This document shows positions 43,671 through 58,312 of a stretch of DNA of 64,000 nucleotides, one piece after another. The stretch spans positions 26,350,001 to 26,414,000 of the forward strand of contig OX597835.1 in the NCBI GenBank assembly GCA_951406725.2, given 5' to 3'. The stretch is from Octopus vulgaris (Eukaryota). Made by a program: the position numbers and the translations under genes. Position 1 is the stretch's first letter. Every line of letters begins with the position of its first letter. The notes beneath the pieces were generated by a model. It saw nothing but the letters and a program-made list of their open reading frames with translations, was not told the DNA's origin and ran no database searches.

Positions 43671-43934
43671 TGTACTCATTAGTTATACTTATTAGGCATA
43701 TAGGAAACATTAAATAATTCATTCACTGATATTGTGAACACCAGCTCAGCTGAATAAAGACTCCACGAATAACAAATACATTTTATAAAAACCTTTCTCA
43801 ATAACGGGAACATTCAAAATAACGGCATCTCAAGTTAACCGAATTTACTTACTTACATTTTTGGGTAGGTTATGTAGGACAAGTCTGCGATGGACTGGCG
43901 TCCGTCCAGCTGGGAGTAACACATTCAGGGCCCA

Positions 43935-45180
43935 TCAGAAGGTGAGGAAGCTAACGAAGGCAAAGCTAGATGGCCCGAATCTAGTTAAGTCCTTAAATAC
44001 TTGGGTAGTATCATTACTTAGATACTCCGCAGCTTTTGTACATTGGACAAAAACTGAATTAGCGAAGCTGGACAGAAGGACTAGGAAGGAAATTAATATG
44101 AATTGAGGACTCCACCCAAGGGCAGGAGTAACAAGATTATACCTACCTAGAAAGGAAGGCGGAAGAGGGTTAATATCAGCAAAATACTGTGTGGAGTTAG
44201 CTAGAGTAGATATAGACTCCAATACAGGTAATAGTGAAGAAAGTTTATAAAAAGCTGCTAGAGTCACACCAAATCATAGGGAATCCAAAAACATAAACGA
44301 AGATAAAGATCTGAAAAAGAACAGAAATTATCTGAGTGGCAGGAGAAGGTGTTGTCTAGTAGATTCCCGAAGATAGTTGCAGCAAAGAGGAGTAGTGAGA
44401 CAATGTTATGGTTGCAGAAAGGAAAGCTGAAAAGGAGGTAGAAAACTTGTTAGTAGCATCACAAAATCAAGCATTAAAGACTAATTGGATAAAAATCAAG
44501 ATAGACTAAAACCAAATAGATTTCCAATGTAGGTTATGCAAATCAAAAGAGGAAAGCGTTACTCATATAGTAATAGAATGTAGCATGCTGGCACAGAAAG
44601 AATACAGGAAAAGACATGACAATCTAGGGAGAGTAATCCACTGGGAGCTATGTAGAAAGCTAGGATTTAAACACACTGATAAATGATATGAATATGAACC
44701 TAGTAAAGTAATAGAAAAGTAAAAAAAATACAAGATGTTGTTGGGACTTTAACATTCAGACTGTCAGAGTAATAGATGCTAGAATGCCTGATTTTGTAGA
44801 GGTAGTAGATAAAGACTTTACAGTCCCAAATGATGAAAAAAATTAACATGAGAGGTATATAGGAAAAATAGCTAAGTAAGAATTATAGAGACTATGGAAA
44901 GTGCGGGTAAAATGTATCCCAGTAATTATAGATGCATTGGGAACTACCCCTAAATATTTGAACAGATGGATAGAGGAAATAGGCATAAGACCCAGTTTAT
45001 AGGAAATAAGCATAAGACCCAGCACAGCTGCAGAAAACAGTGTTATTAGGGAGAGCTAGTATACGTAGGAGGGTTCTTGGCATCTAAGGTTACTTGTTGT
45101 AGCCTGATGTTAGGACTTTTTTTCTTTCCCAACAGTCTAATCTGTTTTGTGTTTATGAAAAGAATAATAATAATAATAAT
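43935..45180 (+). mobile_element. R4/Dong-like non-LTR 3' half (thumb, CCHC, RLE) with (AAT)n tail
   Basis: LNTWVVSLLRYSAAFVHWTKTELAKLDRRTRK..LHPRAGVTRLYLPRKEGGRGLIS, SQNQALKT, CRLCKSKEESVTHIVIECSMLAQKEYRKRHDNLGRVIHWELCRK, LQKTVLLG. Confidence 0.9.
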
Positions 45181-45492
45181 CCACTGAGGTTTAACATTTA
45201 CAAGAAATGCGTGGACTTTTGCGTGACACGTTTTCTAGTAAAGGATTTCTGGAATCACCGATCTTTCGAAATGGTTTGCAAGAGATATAAGGTGTGAGGG
45301 AAATATCTAAGACTTCAAAAGATTGTCTGTATTCTCACCCTCTGTCTTTCTCCCTCTCTCTTTCTCTCTCTTTGTCTCTCTTTTTGTTTCTCTTTCTCTT
45401 TCTCTTTCTCTCTCTCTCTTTGTCTCTCCTTTTGTCTCTCTTTCTCTTTCTCTCTCTCTCTGTATCTATCTATCTATCTATCTATTTTTCTT

Positions 45493-45649
<157 letters not shown>

Positions 45650-46021
45650 CTTTGGCACTGTCTCTCGTTCTGGGTCACGTTTCGTTTATATTATAGCATA
45701 GATGTCGTGACGATCCGGTTTATGGTACCGGCAGAAAACAAAACAAACAAACAAACAAACAGACAACCCCCACATTTTGGTTAATCTGGACTGCCAAGTA
45801 TGTTGAAGAACGAATAGATTGTACCGAGAATTCCCAATCGATGTCATGTCTTTTCTTTCACTCACGTTACCGAGATGAGCTGTTGAATGATACGCGCGCA
45901 CACGCACAGATACACGCAAGCAATTGCACACACGCGCGCACTCACAAAAACGCTTGCGTATATATATATATATATATGTATATCTGCATAAGTATATGTA
46001 TGCATATGTCTATATATACAT

Positions 46022-46099
<78 letters not shown>

Positions 46100-46239
46100 A
46101 TATATATCTGTTCGTATATATATGTGTGTATATATATATGTTTATAGGTACACATATATTTGCGTACATATATATACGTATATTTGCGTATATGTATATA
46201 CGCATACATATATATACATATGTATGTATATGCATATAT

Positions 46240-46292
<53 letters not shown>

Positions 46293-46544
46293 TATTCATA
46301 TATGCATATACGTGTGTGTGTGTGTTTGTGTGTATGTGTGTGTGAGTACCATCGTTTTAATGTTGTGTGTTAAAATTTCGTCTGTGAACATATCCGTGAA
46401 AGATACGTGTAAGTACGTCTAACATCAAACGGAACTCTTCACTGCTGAAGGAGTAAATTTTCGCTTTTCTTCTATAATCATTCTTTATCGACTTTCATTT
46501 TTTTCTTTTTGTAACACCAAATTTTCTTTCATTCTTTTCATCTT

Positions 46545-46845
46545 TGCTTCTTTCCAACACTCTTCTTCTTCTTCTTCTTCTTCTTCTTCTTCTTCTTCTT
46601 CTTCTTCTTCTTCTTCTTCTTCTTCTTCTTCTTCTTCTTCTTCTTCTTCTTCTTCTTCTTCTTCTCCTTCTTCTTCTTTTCTTCTTCTTCTTCTTTTTCT
46701 TCTTCTTCTTCTTTTTCTTCTTCTTCTTCTTCTTCATCATCATCATCATCCTCGTGCTTTATCATCATCATCATCATCATCTTCTCTTTCTTTTTTCTTC
46801 TTCTTCTTCTTCTTCTTCTTATCTTTCTTCTTCTTCTTCTTCTTC

Positions 46846-46887
<42 letters not shown>

Positions 46888-47720
46888 TTATTATTATTAT
46901 TATTATTATTTTTCTCCTGCTGCTGCTGATCTTTGTCTTCTTCTCTATCGGTTTTTTTCTTTTCCTTCTCTTATTCTCCTTCTCCACTTCCTCCGTTTCT
47001 TCAGATCTTGTTGTTGCCTCCTTCTGCTCCTCCTTCTTCCCCCCCCCCCACTTTCGACCGCCTCCTCCTTTTCCTCCACCTCTCGTCGTCTTCTCCTGAA
47101 CATCCACTTCCCCTCCTCCTCCATTTTCTTGTTTTCTTTCTCTTTTCCTTTTGCTCCTCCTCCTCCTCCGCCTTGTTCGTCTTTCCTACTTATTTATGTT
47201 CTTTTCTTTTACTCCTTCCACTTATCCCTCAACTCCTTTTCTTTCGCTTTCTCCTCCTTCTCCATCTCCTCCTTGTCCATCTCCTATTCCTCCCCCTCCT
47301 CCACCTCCTCCTCTAACTCATCCTCCGTCACTTCCTAATTATTTCATGTTTTTGATTCTTTTGTTACTCATCTTCTTCCCTGACCTCATTTTCACCCTCC
47401 CCTTCTTTTTCCTACCCCTCTCGCCATTCTCTTTTCAACCGCCACTTCCTCCACTTCCTCCACTCCTTCCTCCTCCTGTTTCTTGTTTTCTTCTCCCCCT
47501 CCTTCTCCACCATATTCTTATTTCATATTCGTTGCAGTTCTTCTCTTCTCCTTCCATTCCTACCCCTCCTTTTCCTTGTCTTTATCCTTCTCCTCCCCCT
47601 CCTCCTCCTCCACTTCCTCCTCCTCCTCCTATTTCTCATCCTGCACCTCTTCCTCTACCTCTTCCTCTTTCACTTCCTGATTATGTCATGCTTTCTATTT
47701 TTCCCTCTCTGTCTCCACCT
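46545..47720. repeat. ~1.2-kb polypyrimidine tract of (CTT)n/(CCT)n and degenerate derivatives
   Basis: Read directly from the sequence. Confidence 0.9.
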
Positions 47721-48103
47721 TTACTTTCCCTTCTGATTCTCATCCATTTTATTTCCTATGCACAAATACATTCCCAACACTAAATAAATACACACATACA
47801 TAAACACATACACACACGCACGGACACACATACACACATAAATGCACACACCAAAAATGGAATGAATGAATGAGCCTCTAAATACTGTCAAATCATACTA
47901 GAAAAAGTAGCTAACATTTCCTTCAAACAAACTTTAAAACGACAACGATGATGACGATGAGGGCAACGGCAGAGAGAAAAATCTGAAACCTGGTTTATCA
48001 GTCTCGTTTGCCTAACGGCTAAGTTACGCGAGATAAGGCCACATCAGTAGTTAAGAAGTGGTAGTGGCGTGGAGGGACAAAATCTCACACTCATACACAC
48101 AAA

Positions 48104-48487
48104 TGTATATATATATAAACGGCAGTTTGTCTGTGCGTTTTCTGTGTGTCTGTTTTCTCGTACCCTCACTCTGACCACGGCTTTCAACCGATTCTGATGA
48201 AACTTGACACACACATAGCCCAATGTCATAATTCAAAACTAACGCAGCGAAAATTTTGAAAAGTTCCCCCAGTTCTGAAAAAAATCGATAAATTCGACAT
48301 GGGGTCGAGAATCAGAAACCCAAACCACAGACCGTCTAGGGGACGCAACTCCACCTTTTTTAACTCTCAAAAAAAAATTTACCATCATTTTTTTTCCATT
48401 TTTTGCTATTTTTTGGCTATAACTCTCTAAAAATGCTTTATAGTTATTTCCCTTACAAACCTGAGCAACGCCGGGCGATACTGCTAG
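48104..48487 (+). mobile_element. Non-autonomous Helitron
   Basis: 3' GC hairpin cctgagcaacgccggg followed by cgatactgCTAG|T (48484-48487). 5' end T(G)TATATATATATAAA. The last ~120 bp are shared with 61660-61782. Confidence 0.78.
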
Positions 48488-48504
48488 TATATATATAAAT
48501 TCAT

Positions 48505-48662
48505 GACGAGCTTCTCTTAGTTTCCTTGTACCAAATCCACTCCCAAAGATTTGGTCAACCGAGACTATAGTAGAAAGCACTTGTCCAAAGTGCAACGCAG
48601 TGAGACTGATCCTGGAGTCATGTGGTTTGGAAGCAACCTTCTTGTCACGCAGCCACGCCTCT
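48505..48662 (-). mobile_element. Family-A SINE head, diverged
   Basis: accaaatccactc...gactatagtagaa...gcagccacgcct. Confidence 0.7.
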
Positions 48663-48882
48663 GCTTTATACACACATATATTCATACACTAGAGGTGTTA
48701 AAAAGTGCTGTCAAAGATGTTTATATCGTATGGAAGTATTAGTAGAGAGGGCGAAACTGAACGAACGGAGAGTTTTCACACCTTTCTATACCATGAGAGA
48801 GAATTTTTCTCCACGGTAATTGCAATGTATCTGCCATTAGCAGTTGAAATATGTGACATATATCAACCAGACTAAATTGTGA

Positions 48883-48952
<70 letters not shown>

Positions 48953-48954
<2 letters not shown>

Positions 48955-49116
48955 GCGCAGGCGTGACTGTGTTGTAAGAAGCTTGCTTCTCAATTACATG
49001 GTATCGGGTTCAGTCCCACTGCGTGGCACCTTGGGCAAGTGTCTTCTACTATAGCCTCGGAACGTCCAAAGACTTGTTAGTGGATTTAGTAGATGGAAAC
49101 TAAATAAGCCCGTCGC

Positions 49117-49152
<36 letters not shown>

Positions 49153-49470
49153 ATTGAATTCGTCTCCAGTCGAAAGACGCCTGTTGTTATGTCCTGTTAT
49201 TTATTATTATTGTGTTTTTGTATTTATATTCGTGTAACATCGTCCGTTTTTCCGTCCTCGTTTCATATACATTCGATCCTTTTTCCAAGGAATCTAATGC
49301 TCTTAGCTTAGTTTTTCCTTGGGGCTGGTCAGATTGGAGCAATCACAAGATTAATCAGTCGAAATTGCGAGGATGATCCGGTTCTTGACTGAAGATTGAA
49401 GGCTTCGAATGACCCGTCCGTTGTTTTTTGTATCGTCTATCTGGATGTTTTGCGTTCTTGTCCCATTTTG

Positions 49471-49523
<53 letters not shown>

Positions 49524-49530
49524 GTATATG

Positions 49531-49596
<66 letters not shown>

Positions 49597-49845
49597 CATA
49601 TATATATATATATATATGGAGATATATATATATATGTTTGTGTGTGTGTATTTGTCCCCTCCAACATAGCTTGACAACCGATGTTGGTGTGTTTATGTCC
49701 CCATAACTTAGCAGTTCAGCAGAAAAGTCTGATAGAATAAGTACGAGGCTTACAAAAAATACTTCCTGCGGTCGAATTCTTCACCCCTTTTAAGGCGGTG
49801 CTCCAGCATGGCCGCGGTCATATGACTGAAACAAGTAAAAGAATA
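48953..49845 (+). mobile_element. Family-A SINE split by a ~320-bp insertion (49150-49470) in its internal microsatellite
   Basis: Head at 48953-49115, tail at 49635-49845. Confidence 0.8.
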
Positions 49846-50047
49846 CACACACATATACATATACACGTTACAAATATGGTCACATACACAGGCACACACA
49901 TACACACCACACACACACTTACACTTACACTTATACATACACACACATGTGCACATGAACATATGTACACGTTCGACGGGTGTCTACATAATTTCCGTCT
50001 ACCCAAACCCTGCGCTTACCCAAGTTTCGGCGCAACGATAGTGGATC

Positions 50048-50275
50048 CGAGCTGGCAAGCTGGCAGAATCGTTAGCACGCCGGGCGAGATGCTTATCGGT
50101 ATTTCGTCTGCCGCCACGTTCTGAGTTCAAATTCCGCCGAGGTCGACTTTGCCTTTCATCCTTTCGGGGTCGATTAAATAAGTACCAGTTACGTACTGAG
50201 GTCGATATAATCGACCTAATCTGTTTGTCTGTCATTGTTTGTCCTCTCTGTGTTTAGCCCCTTGTGGGTAGTAAA
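50048..50275 (+). mobile_element. Family-C SINE (A unit), well conserved
   Basis: gctggcagaatcgttagcacgccgggcg...gagttcaaattccgccgaggtcgactttgcctttcatcctttcggggtcg. Confidence 0.85.
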
Positions 50276-50560
50276 CAAAGAGATACTGGATCCGAGACCA
50301 CGTGATTGGAAATCAAGCGTCTTAACAACACAGCCATATTCTTAACTACATGAAAAAGACAGACTGGTCATGTCTGAATCGCATTCAATTATGGATCTTT
50401 TCCATCAAGGAACTGACCTGAAACAAAAGAAAACGAAGCGTAACAGAGTCCAAACGACGCCCATAAATCGCCAAGTGGATATCGTAAACCAATATAAACA
50501 ACCTGAAATATCAACATTTGTGCTGTTTGTATTTCTCAGCGGTTCCTTTCATTGTTTTCG

Positions 50561-50659
50561 TCCAATCAGATGAATAAACAGCTCCTCCGTTCATCCAATC
50601 AGATGCACAAACAGCTCTCTCGTTCTCCCAATTAAACGATCAAACATCTTCCCTCTTCG
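50561..50659 (+). promoter_or_regulatory. Three 33-bp units each with CCAAT followed by AAACA (candidate NF-Y/forkhead array)
   Basis: CCAAT at 50562, 50595 and 50628. Function is inferred only. Confidence 0.3.
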
Positions 50660-50742
50660 TCTAACTATCAGACTTGAAATATATCAACACCTCTTCATTT
50701 TCCTCTCTATATCTTCCTCTAATATCTCTCTCACTATATGTA

Positions 50743-50813
<71 letters not shown>

Positions 50814-50896
50814 GCATATATATATATATATATATGTGTGTATATATTTGTATATGTATATGTATATATGTATACATATATATGTATGTATGTATG

Positions 50897-50936
<40 letters not shown>

Positions 50937-51187
50937 TATGCATATGTGTATGTATAAATGTAAATATGTATGTATACTTATACATATATATATGTATATA
51001 TATATATACATACATATATATATATATGTATATATACACATACACATATATACATATATACACATATATACACATACACATATACATATATATACACACA
51101 TACACATACGTGTGTATGTGTTTCTATAAGTATGTGTGTATGGGGGAGGGTATACATGTATATATTTCTAGCCATTTATCTACCTCT

Positions 51188-51239
<52 letters not shown>

Positions 51240-51759
51240 ACATTTCGATCTCAACTTTACTTATTCCACTTGTTAATATACATACAGATTTACATAAATA
51301 TAACTTTCGATATCACATAAATATTCATAAATACATATATGTGTGTGTATATGCATATATATATATATATATATATATTGTTTGTATATGTGTTCAGAGA
51401 GAGAGAGAGAGAAAGAGTGAGAGAGAGAGGAGTGGGAGTTTGTAACGCTTGTTCCCCAAGCAAAGTAGAATGCAGACTATGACAAGGAGCCAATGCAGGT
51501 TACCGAGGTGAATTATATAATTTCGGTAAAAAAAATGGCGAGTGCTACATAAATACGTTTGTTTCTCCCCAAGGGTCCTTCAACCGTTGTGAATGTGCTA
51601 AGAGTACATTCATAACTGCGTGCGCACGAGTACATACATACATACATACATATATTGACACCAACACATATATTTATATATATAAATATACATACGTACT
51701 TGCAAATATATATAAATATATATGTGTGTATATATATATATAAACATATAGATGCATAC

Positions 51760-51817
<58 letters not shown>

Positions 51818-52399
51818 GTATATATGCTAATATGTTTATGTACATATACCAATATATAACTCAGTAGGACAATACGCTAGGTGTACTGGAAAAGATAAGG
51901 AACACAAAAATATTTATTAGAAAATGCATACAAGGAAAAAATATTGATTTCTCAAATATTGGATTTAATCATGAATTGCTGTTCTTACAGACGTGTTTCA
52001 ATGCTTACTTCGGAACAATTTCAACGTTTACAAAATTATATATTTTTTCCTCTTCATTTCTTATTGATTAAATATATATAATTTTTCCGAAATGGTGAGT
52101 TATCTCTCATGTTTGAAGAGACTATATAGAGGAAAAACAAATAGTCAAATGTCATTTGAGAGCCTTAGAACAAATAGCATTAAATATAGCGCATCCATTT
52201 TCAATGCGTTCGTTCTAGCAGATTACGAGGTGAATATGCTGATCGCTGTTGGTTTTCCTCATCGGAGAACACGTACTTCCATTAGAAGATGCGCGTTCAT
52301 AACGAAGCTGATTGATTTATGTAAGCAGAATTTGAAACGGTGTGGTGTTTCGGCCTTGTTGCGTATCTCGTCAGTTAAAACTACCTCCAAGCCGAGTCT

Positions 52400-52960
52400 G
52401 TAATAAGTATACTGGTTTTTGTTTACTGCAACCGGCAAACAAATCATTTGATGCCATGCTGATAACATTTCTTGTCCTTCAAGGTGAAGAACTTCACCGA
52501 AGCTTTCGACTCCTCTTGGTAGATGAACCGTCGCGACCGCAGAAAGTGAACCATGAACCGGAACAAGTAATAAACTGAAAGAGCCATGTTCGGACTATAT
52601 GATAAGTCTGTCATCAATCTGGTTCCTTTTAAGCTCCTGAAGTACATTCTGGGTCATTCCAGCGGTATGAGGTATTGCATTGGCTTGCTATGAGTGCTGG
52701 TCTTCTGTTTATCACTGACGTATACTTTTGACGTACATTGGCTTACATCCGTTCCACATGTTCAGAGATCACGTTGGCATCGATGGCTCGATCTCCGGAA
52801 CGAACTCGTAGTGAATTATCACCTCATAATTTCACCGGATACAGTGCAGCATATTGTGTTCGAAATTCTTATTTGGCGAAAGATTCAGGAAGCTGGTCCT
52901 TACTTAACCACAACTAATGCAGAACAGGATTGCAGAAAGTTAACTCCATTGGATTATTGA
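52400..52960 (-). mobile_element. Second decayed mariner transposase fragment (catalytic domain C-half)
   Basis: NYEVIIHYEFVP, QANAIPHTAGMT (HDNARPH), SYSPNMALSVYYLFRFMVHFL (YSPDLAPSDYHLF), CYQHGIK. Confidence 0.82.
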
Positions 52961-53281
52961 TTGACTTTAGACGAATAAGAAAACAGGTTTCTTATTAAGA
53001 AATACAATCCTGTTTAAATGTATGGAATTTGAGTAAGTTTACATGATGTAGCTCCGCTTCACTCTTGACTGAGCAGACATATGTCCAAATTTCTAAAGTA
53101 AAATTGTAACGAATAGATCCAGCCGTTACTGACATCGCAGCGTCGATCCTTTATGATTGAAAATTTCATTGGAGCCAGACGACCTTTAACTGACGTACTT
53201 TCTAACTGTGATAGGACCTTAGTCTCACGCCACAAATCCTTGAATTGTTCGTTCCTTGTCCGGTTGAAAGACTATCGCATG

Positions 53282-53409
<128 letters not shown>

Positions 53410-53479
53410 ATGTATGTGCTGAATTGTAGGGAAAATACAAGAAAAATGCATAAAAAGTTTGAGTTGGGCAAAATATATA

Positions 53480-53672
53480 TTCTTTTATTCTTTTACTTGC
53501 TTCAGCCATTTGACTGCTGCCATGCTGAAGCACCACCTTTAATCGACCAAATCGCCCCCATGATTTATTCTTTGTAAGCCTAGTGCTTATTCTATCGGGT
53601 TCTCTTTTGCTGAATCAGTTGTCAAGCGATGGTGGGGGGACAAACACATACACACAAACACACACATGCATA

Positions 53673-53731
<59 letters not shown>

Positions 53732-53964
53732 GTCCAACCCATGCTAGCATGGAAAGCGGACGCTAAACGATGATGATGATGATATATATATATATATACG
53801 ACGTGCTTTTTTTTCAGTTTCCGTCTACCACATCCACTCACAAGGCTTTCATCAATCCGAGACTATAGTAGAAGACATTTCCCACAAGGTGCCACGCAGT
53901 GGGACTGAACCTGGAGCCATGTGGTTGGTAAGCATGCTACTTACCACACAGCCTCGCCTGCGCC
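53480..53964 (-). mobile_element. Family-A SINE with an RTE-type 3' tail inserted at 53732-53783
   Basis: The insert gtccaacccatgctagcatggaaagcggacgctaaac(gat)n lies within the internal microsatellite. Confidence 0.82.
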
Positions 53965-54651
53965 TATATGCACATATATATTTATGAAATAAATATTTGC
54001 ACAATCGACCGGTTTCGCTTATGATAGTCATCCCTAAGAAGTTAGCGATAATGCTGCAATTTCAAGCGAAACTATTTGACTACGTAAGAATAAATATTCT
54101 ATTTCATAAAAAACAAAACATTTGCATTTTCCAACATAAAATTTCTTATACACTTTTCTTATTTTCATAAATTCTTTACAAATAGTATTTCGCTATTCTA
54201 TTTGCGTATATTGGGAAACACATAAATTTATAAACTTATATCTTTAAATAAACATACAATATTACATATACAAATTATATTATTTTAAGGCGCGCATATA
54301 CGTATTTATTTATTTGTTTATGCAGATCAGTTTTTCTGTCATCGCATGGTCCAATGCTATCTGTATATTTTCCTTCCCTATTTTTCTGCCCTTCTTTGTT
54401 TTTTCTCTCCAATATTTTTGTCTCGATATCGTTTTACATTCTTCCATTATTTCATTTCTTTTTTCTCCGTACCTTTTTTATCCTCTCCATTTTTATCGTG
54501 ATTAATGGAGTAAGTGAAAGCGTAATGACGTCTGTAAAATAATTTAGTATAACCAATGTTTCTTTACAGGATATCGTTGGTGAGTCTCATCGAGCTGGTC
54601 TCGATCCTATTGGATGTTTGCACGGCGGCACCGACTTTCTACTACAAATTA

Positions 54652-55028
54652 TATTCTTTTATCCTTTTACATATAGGCGCAGGCGTGGCTGTGTGGTAAG
54701 TAGCTTTCTTACCAACCACATGGCTTCGGGTTCAGTCCCACTGCGTAGCACCTTGGGGAAATGTCTTCTACTATACCCTCGGGCCGATTAAAGCCTTGTG
54801 AGTGGATGTGGTAGATGGAAACTGATAAAAGCACGTCGTATATATATCCTTTTACATGTTTCAGTCATTTGACCGTGGCCATGCTGGAGCAACGCTTTTA
54901 GTCGAACAAATCGACCCCATGACTTTTTCTCTGTAAGCCTAGTACTTATTGTATCGGTCTCTCTTTGTCGAACGGATAGGTTACGTGGACGTAAACACAC
55001 CAACATCGGTTGTCAAGTGATTGTGCTC

Positions 55029-55073
<45 letters not shown>

Positions 55074-55867
55074 TCTTTTTTTTTTCTTTCCTTCTTTTTT
55101 CTTTTTACTTGTTTCAGTCATTTGACTGCGGCCATGCTGGAGCACCGCCTTTAGTCGAGCAAATCGACCCCGGGACTTATTCTTTGTAAGCCCAGTACTT
55201 ATTCTATCGGTCTCTTTTGCCGAACCGCTAAGTGACGGGGACGTAAACACACCAGCATCGGTTGTCAAACAATGCTAAGGGGACAAACACACAAACACAA
55301 ACACACAGATATATATATATACATATATACATATATACGACAGGCTTCTTTCAGTTTCCGTCTACCAAATCCACTCACAAGGCTTTGGTCGGTCCGGGGC
55401 TATAGCAGAAGACACTTGCCCAAGATGCCACGCAGTGGGACTGAACCCGGAACAATGTGGTTGGTTAGCAAGCTACTTACCACACAGCCACTCCTGCGCC
55501 TACATATATATATACATGTAGGGCTTCTTTCAGTTTCCGTCTACCAAATCCACTCACAAGGCTTAGGCCGACCCAAGGCTATAGTAGAGGTCACACAAAT
55601 AAGTCTGCAAAGACTTTAAAACAGTTAAATGTGTTAACAGAAAAATATATATAATGCCACAACAACTACAGAAAATATGTAATAATTTCTATTTCCCGTA
55701 AGCGAAAAACAGAACAGTTTAACAAATAATAGTAACAAGTTCAACAATACCAGCAGTAGTGACAATGTTATTCAACGGTAAATCTAACGATAATTTCAGC
55801 ACGAAGCACAAACAACGACCGTAGTCTGTAAGCGGAAGCAAGCTCCTTACCACACAGCCCCGACTGC

Positions 55868-55870
<3 letters not shown>
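54652..55870. mobile_element. Nested cluster of family-A SINEs
   Basis: Plus-strand head at 54676-54840, minus-strand tail at 54847-55030, full minus copy at 55101-55500, and head remnants at 55520-55590 and 55830-55868. Confidence 0.85.
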
Positions 55871-55959
<89 letters not shown>

Positions 55960-56239
55960 TCTTCAAGGACTAATTCTTTCAGTCTGTAGTTTTCTGCCAC
56001 AATTTAATACTGTTTTCCTTCGCGTTTAGGCCTTGATTGTCCACATCATTTCACATCTCCCCCATGTATGCCACTAATGCAACTAATAGAATAGTACCAT
56101 GGAGTTTAATGGCCCTGGTATAGAGCATGCCGAAACTGCGCTGAATTTCGTCTCCATGGCTGACAAGAGGATTTTCATAATTATGCGTCCTCTCTCTTTC
56201 TCAGTTCATCGTTTCTATGTTCTATTGTTCATTCATATA

Positions 56240-56307
<68 letters not shown>

Positions 56308-56425
56308 TTTATATGTGTGTGTGTATATATGTATATATATATATATTCATATATATATAGATATATATATATATATACATATATATATACATATATACGT
56401 ACATACATGTGTATATATGTATGTG

Positions 56426-56467
<42 letters not shown>

Positions 56468-57440
56468 GCACAGATAAACAAAACGTTGTCCAATCCGCCC
56501 AACTTACCAACCTATAAAAGTGGGTTTCAGCCACTGTTGCAGAGTATGTATATATGTATGCATGTAAGTATATATGTGTGTGCATGTATGTATGACTTAT
56601 ACGTACAGGTATATGTGCGCATGTATATACATATAGATACGCACACATGCCTATTTACGTACCTACATATAACTATACTTGTTTGCCTCCGTTGTTTGAT
56701 TATTTTTATAAACCTCGTTCATTTCTTTGCCCATATATTTCACTATGTCTGTTTAAACTTAAAATATAAATATTTTTACAAAACAGCCTCCTACTCCCCA
56801 TACTCCTCCTCTTCTAGCCGTTTCCCCTCACAACGCCGTCTCCCGCTTATTCCCTCTCTTCCTATTCGGTTTTTCTCTTTGATGTTTCTTTTGTGAATGT
56901 TATATTGTTTTGTTATGTTTTGCATATCTCTCTTCTGTTATTGTGGCTACGTTAATCCTTTTTAAATATCTGTTGTATATTCGTATATTTGTTGTTATTC
57001 CTTTTCGCCGTTATTGTTGCTGTTGTTATTGTCACCCTGTTTTTTCCCCCCAGTATTTGTATATTCCTCTGTTGGTGGTGTTCTTCATATTGTTCTTCTG
57101 CTTGTTGTCGCTATTATTGTAGTTTAATTTTTTACCGATTATTCTTCCGTATTTTTGTTTGATTTCGTTTTTATGTTTAATATATATTTGAATATTCATG
57201 GAATTATAATCTCGCTCTCTCTCTCCCTCTCTCTCTGTTTCCTGTCTGTCTGTCTCACTCTCTCTCTCTCCCAAGCTGTCTCTATTTTTCCTCTCACTCC
57301 CTATCTCTCTCTGTTTTAAATCTCTCTCTCTCTCTTTCTCTCTCTCTCAAACGATTTTATCAGTTTTATTAATATACTTTATTTGTACAATTTTTATACT
57401 TTCAAAACGATATTCAAAATTTATCAGGATTAATGATTAC

Positions 57441-57511
<71 letters not shown>

Positions 57512-57590
57512 TGATGATGATGATGATGACAATGATAATAATAATAATAATAAAAATAATAATGATGATGATGATGACGATGATGATGAC

Positions 57591-57641
<51 letters not shown>

Positions 57642-57924
57642 TCTTTCATCAGCAACAAACACTTCAAGACGTTGGGGACAGTACACAGGCGAAATACAAA
57701 GGAAAAACAAATCAAAGGATTACAATTTCATCCTCCAACACATTTGTCCCCTCCTCCTCCTCCTCCTTCTCTTCCTCTCCTAGGTGAAGTGTCATATATA
57801 TTCATACATACACACACATGTATATATATATATATATATATACACGTATATATAAGTGTATGTATATATATGTATGTATATTTATATTTATATATGTGTG
57901 TGCGCGCGCGTCTGTGTACATATA

Positions 57925-57957
<33 letters not shown>

Positions 57958-58110
57958 GTATGTGTGTATATGTTTACATATTATGCGTGGATATTCACAT
58001 ATTTAGTTATATTATACTTATATATACATACATACGCACACACCTATTGGGATAGATAGATAGACAAACAGACAGACAGCCTGCCAGCCAGCCAGCCAGC
58101 CAGCCAGCCT

Positions 58111-58231
<121 letters not shown>

Positions 58232-58236
58232 ATAAG

Positions 58237-58312
<76 letters not shown>

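Noticed and set aside
46538-47783. Arg/Lys-rich and Pro-rich ORFs
   Set aside because: Derived from the (CTT)n/(CCT)n polypyrimidine tract.
48190-48210. CTGATGA hammerhead-like core
   Set aside because: No stem II or NUH context. It is part of the Helitron body (ccgattctgatgaaactt).
49385-49420. CTGAAGA...GAAT...GTC
   Set aside because: No GAAA box and stems I/III do not form.
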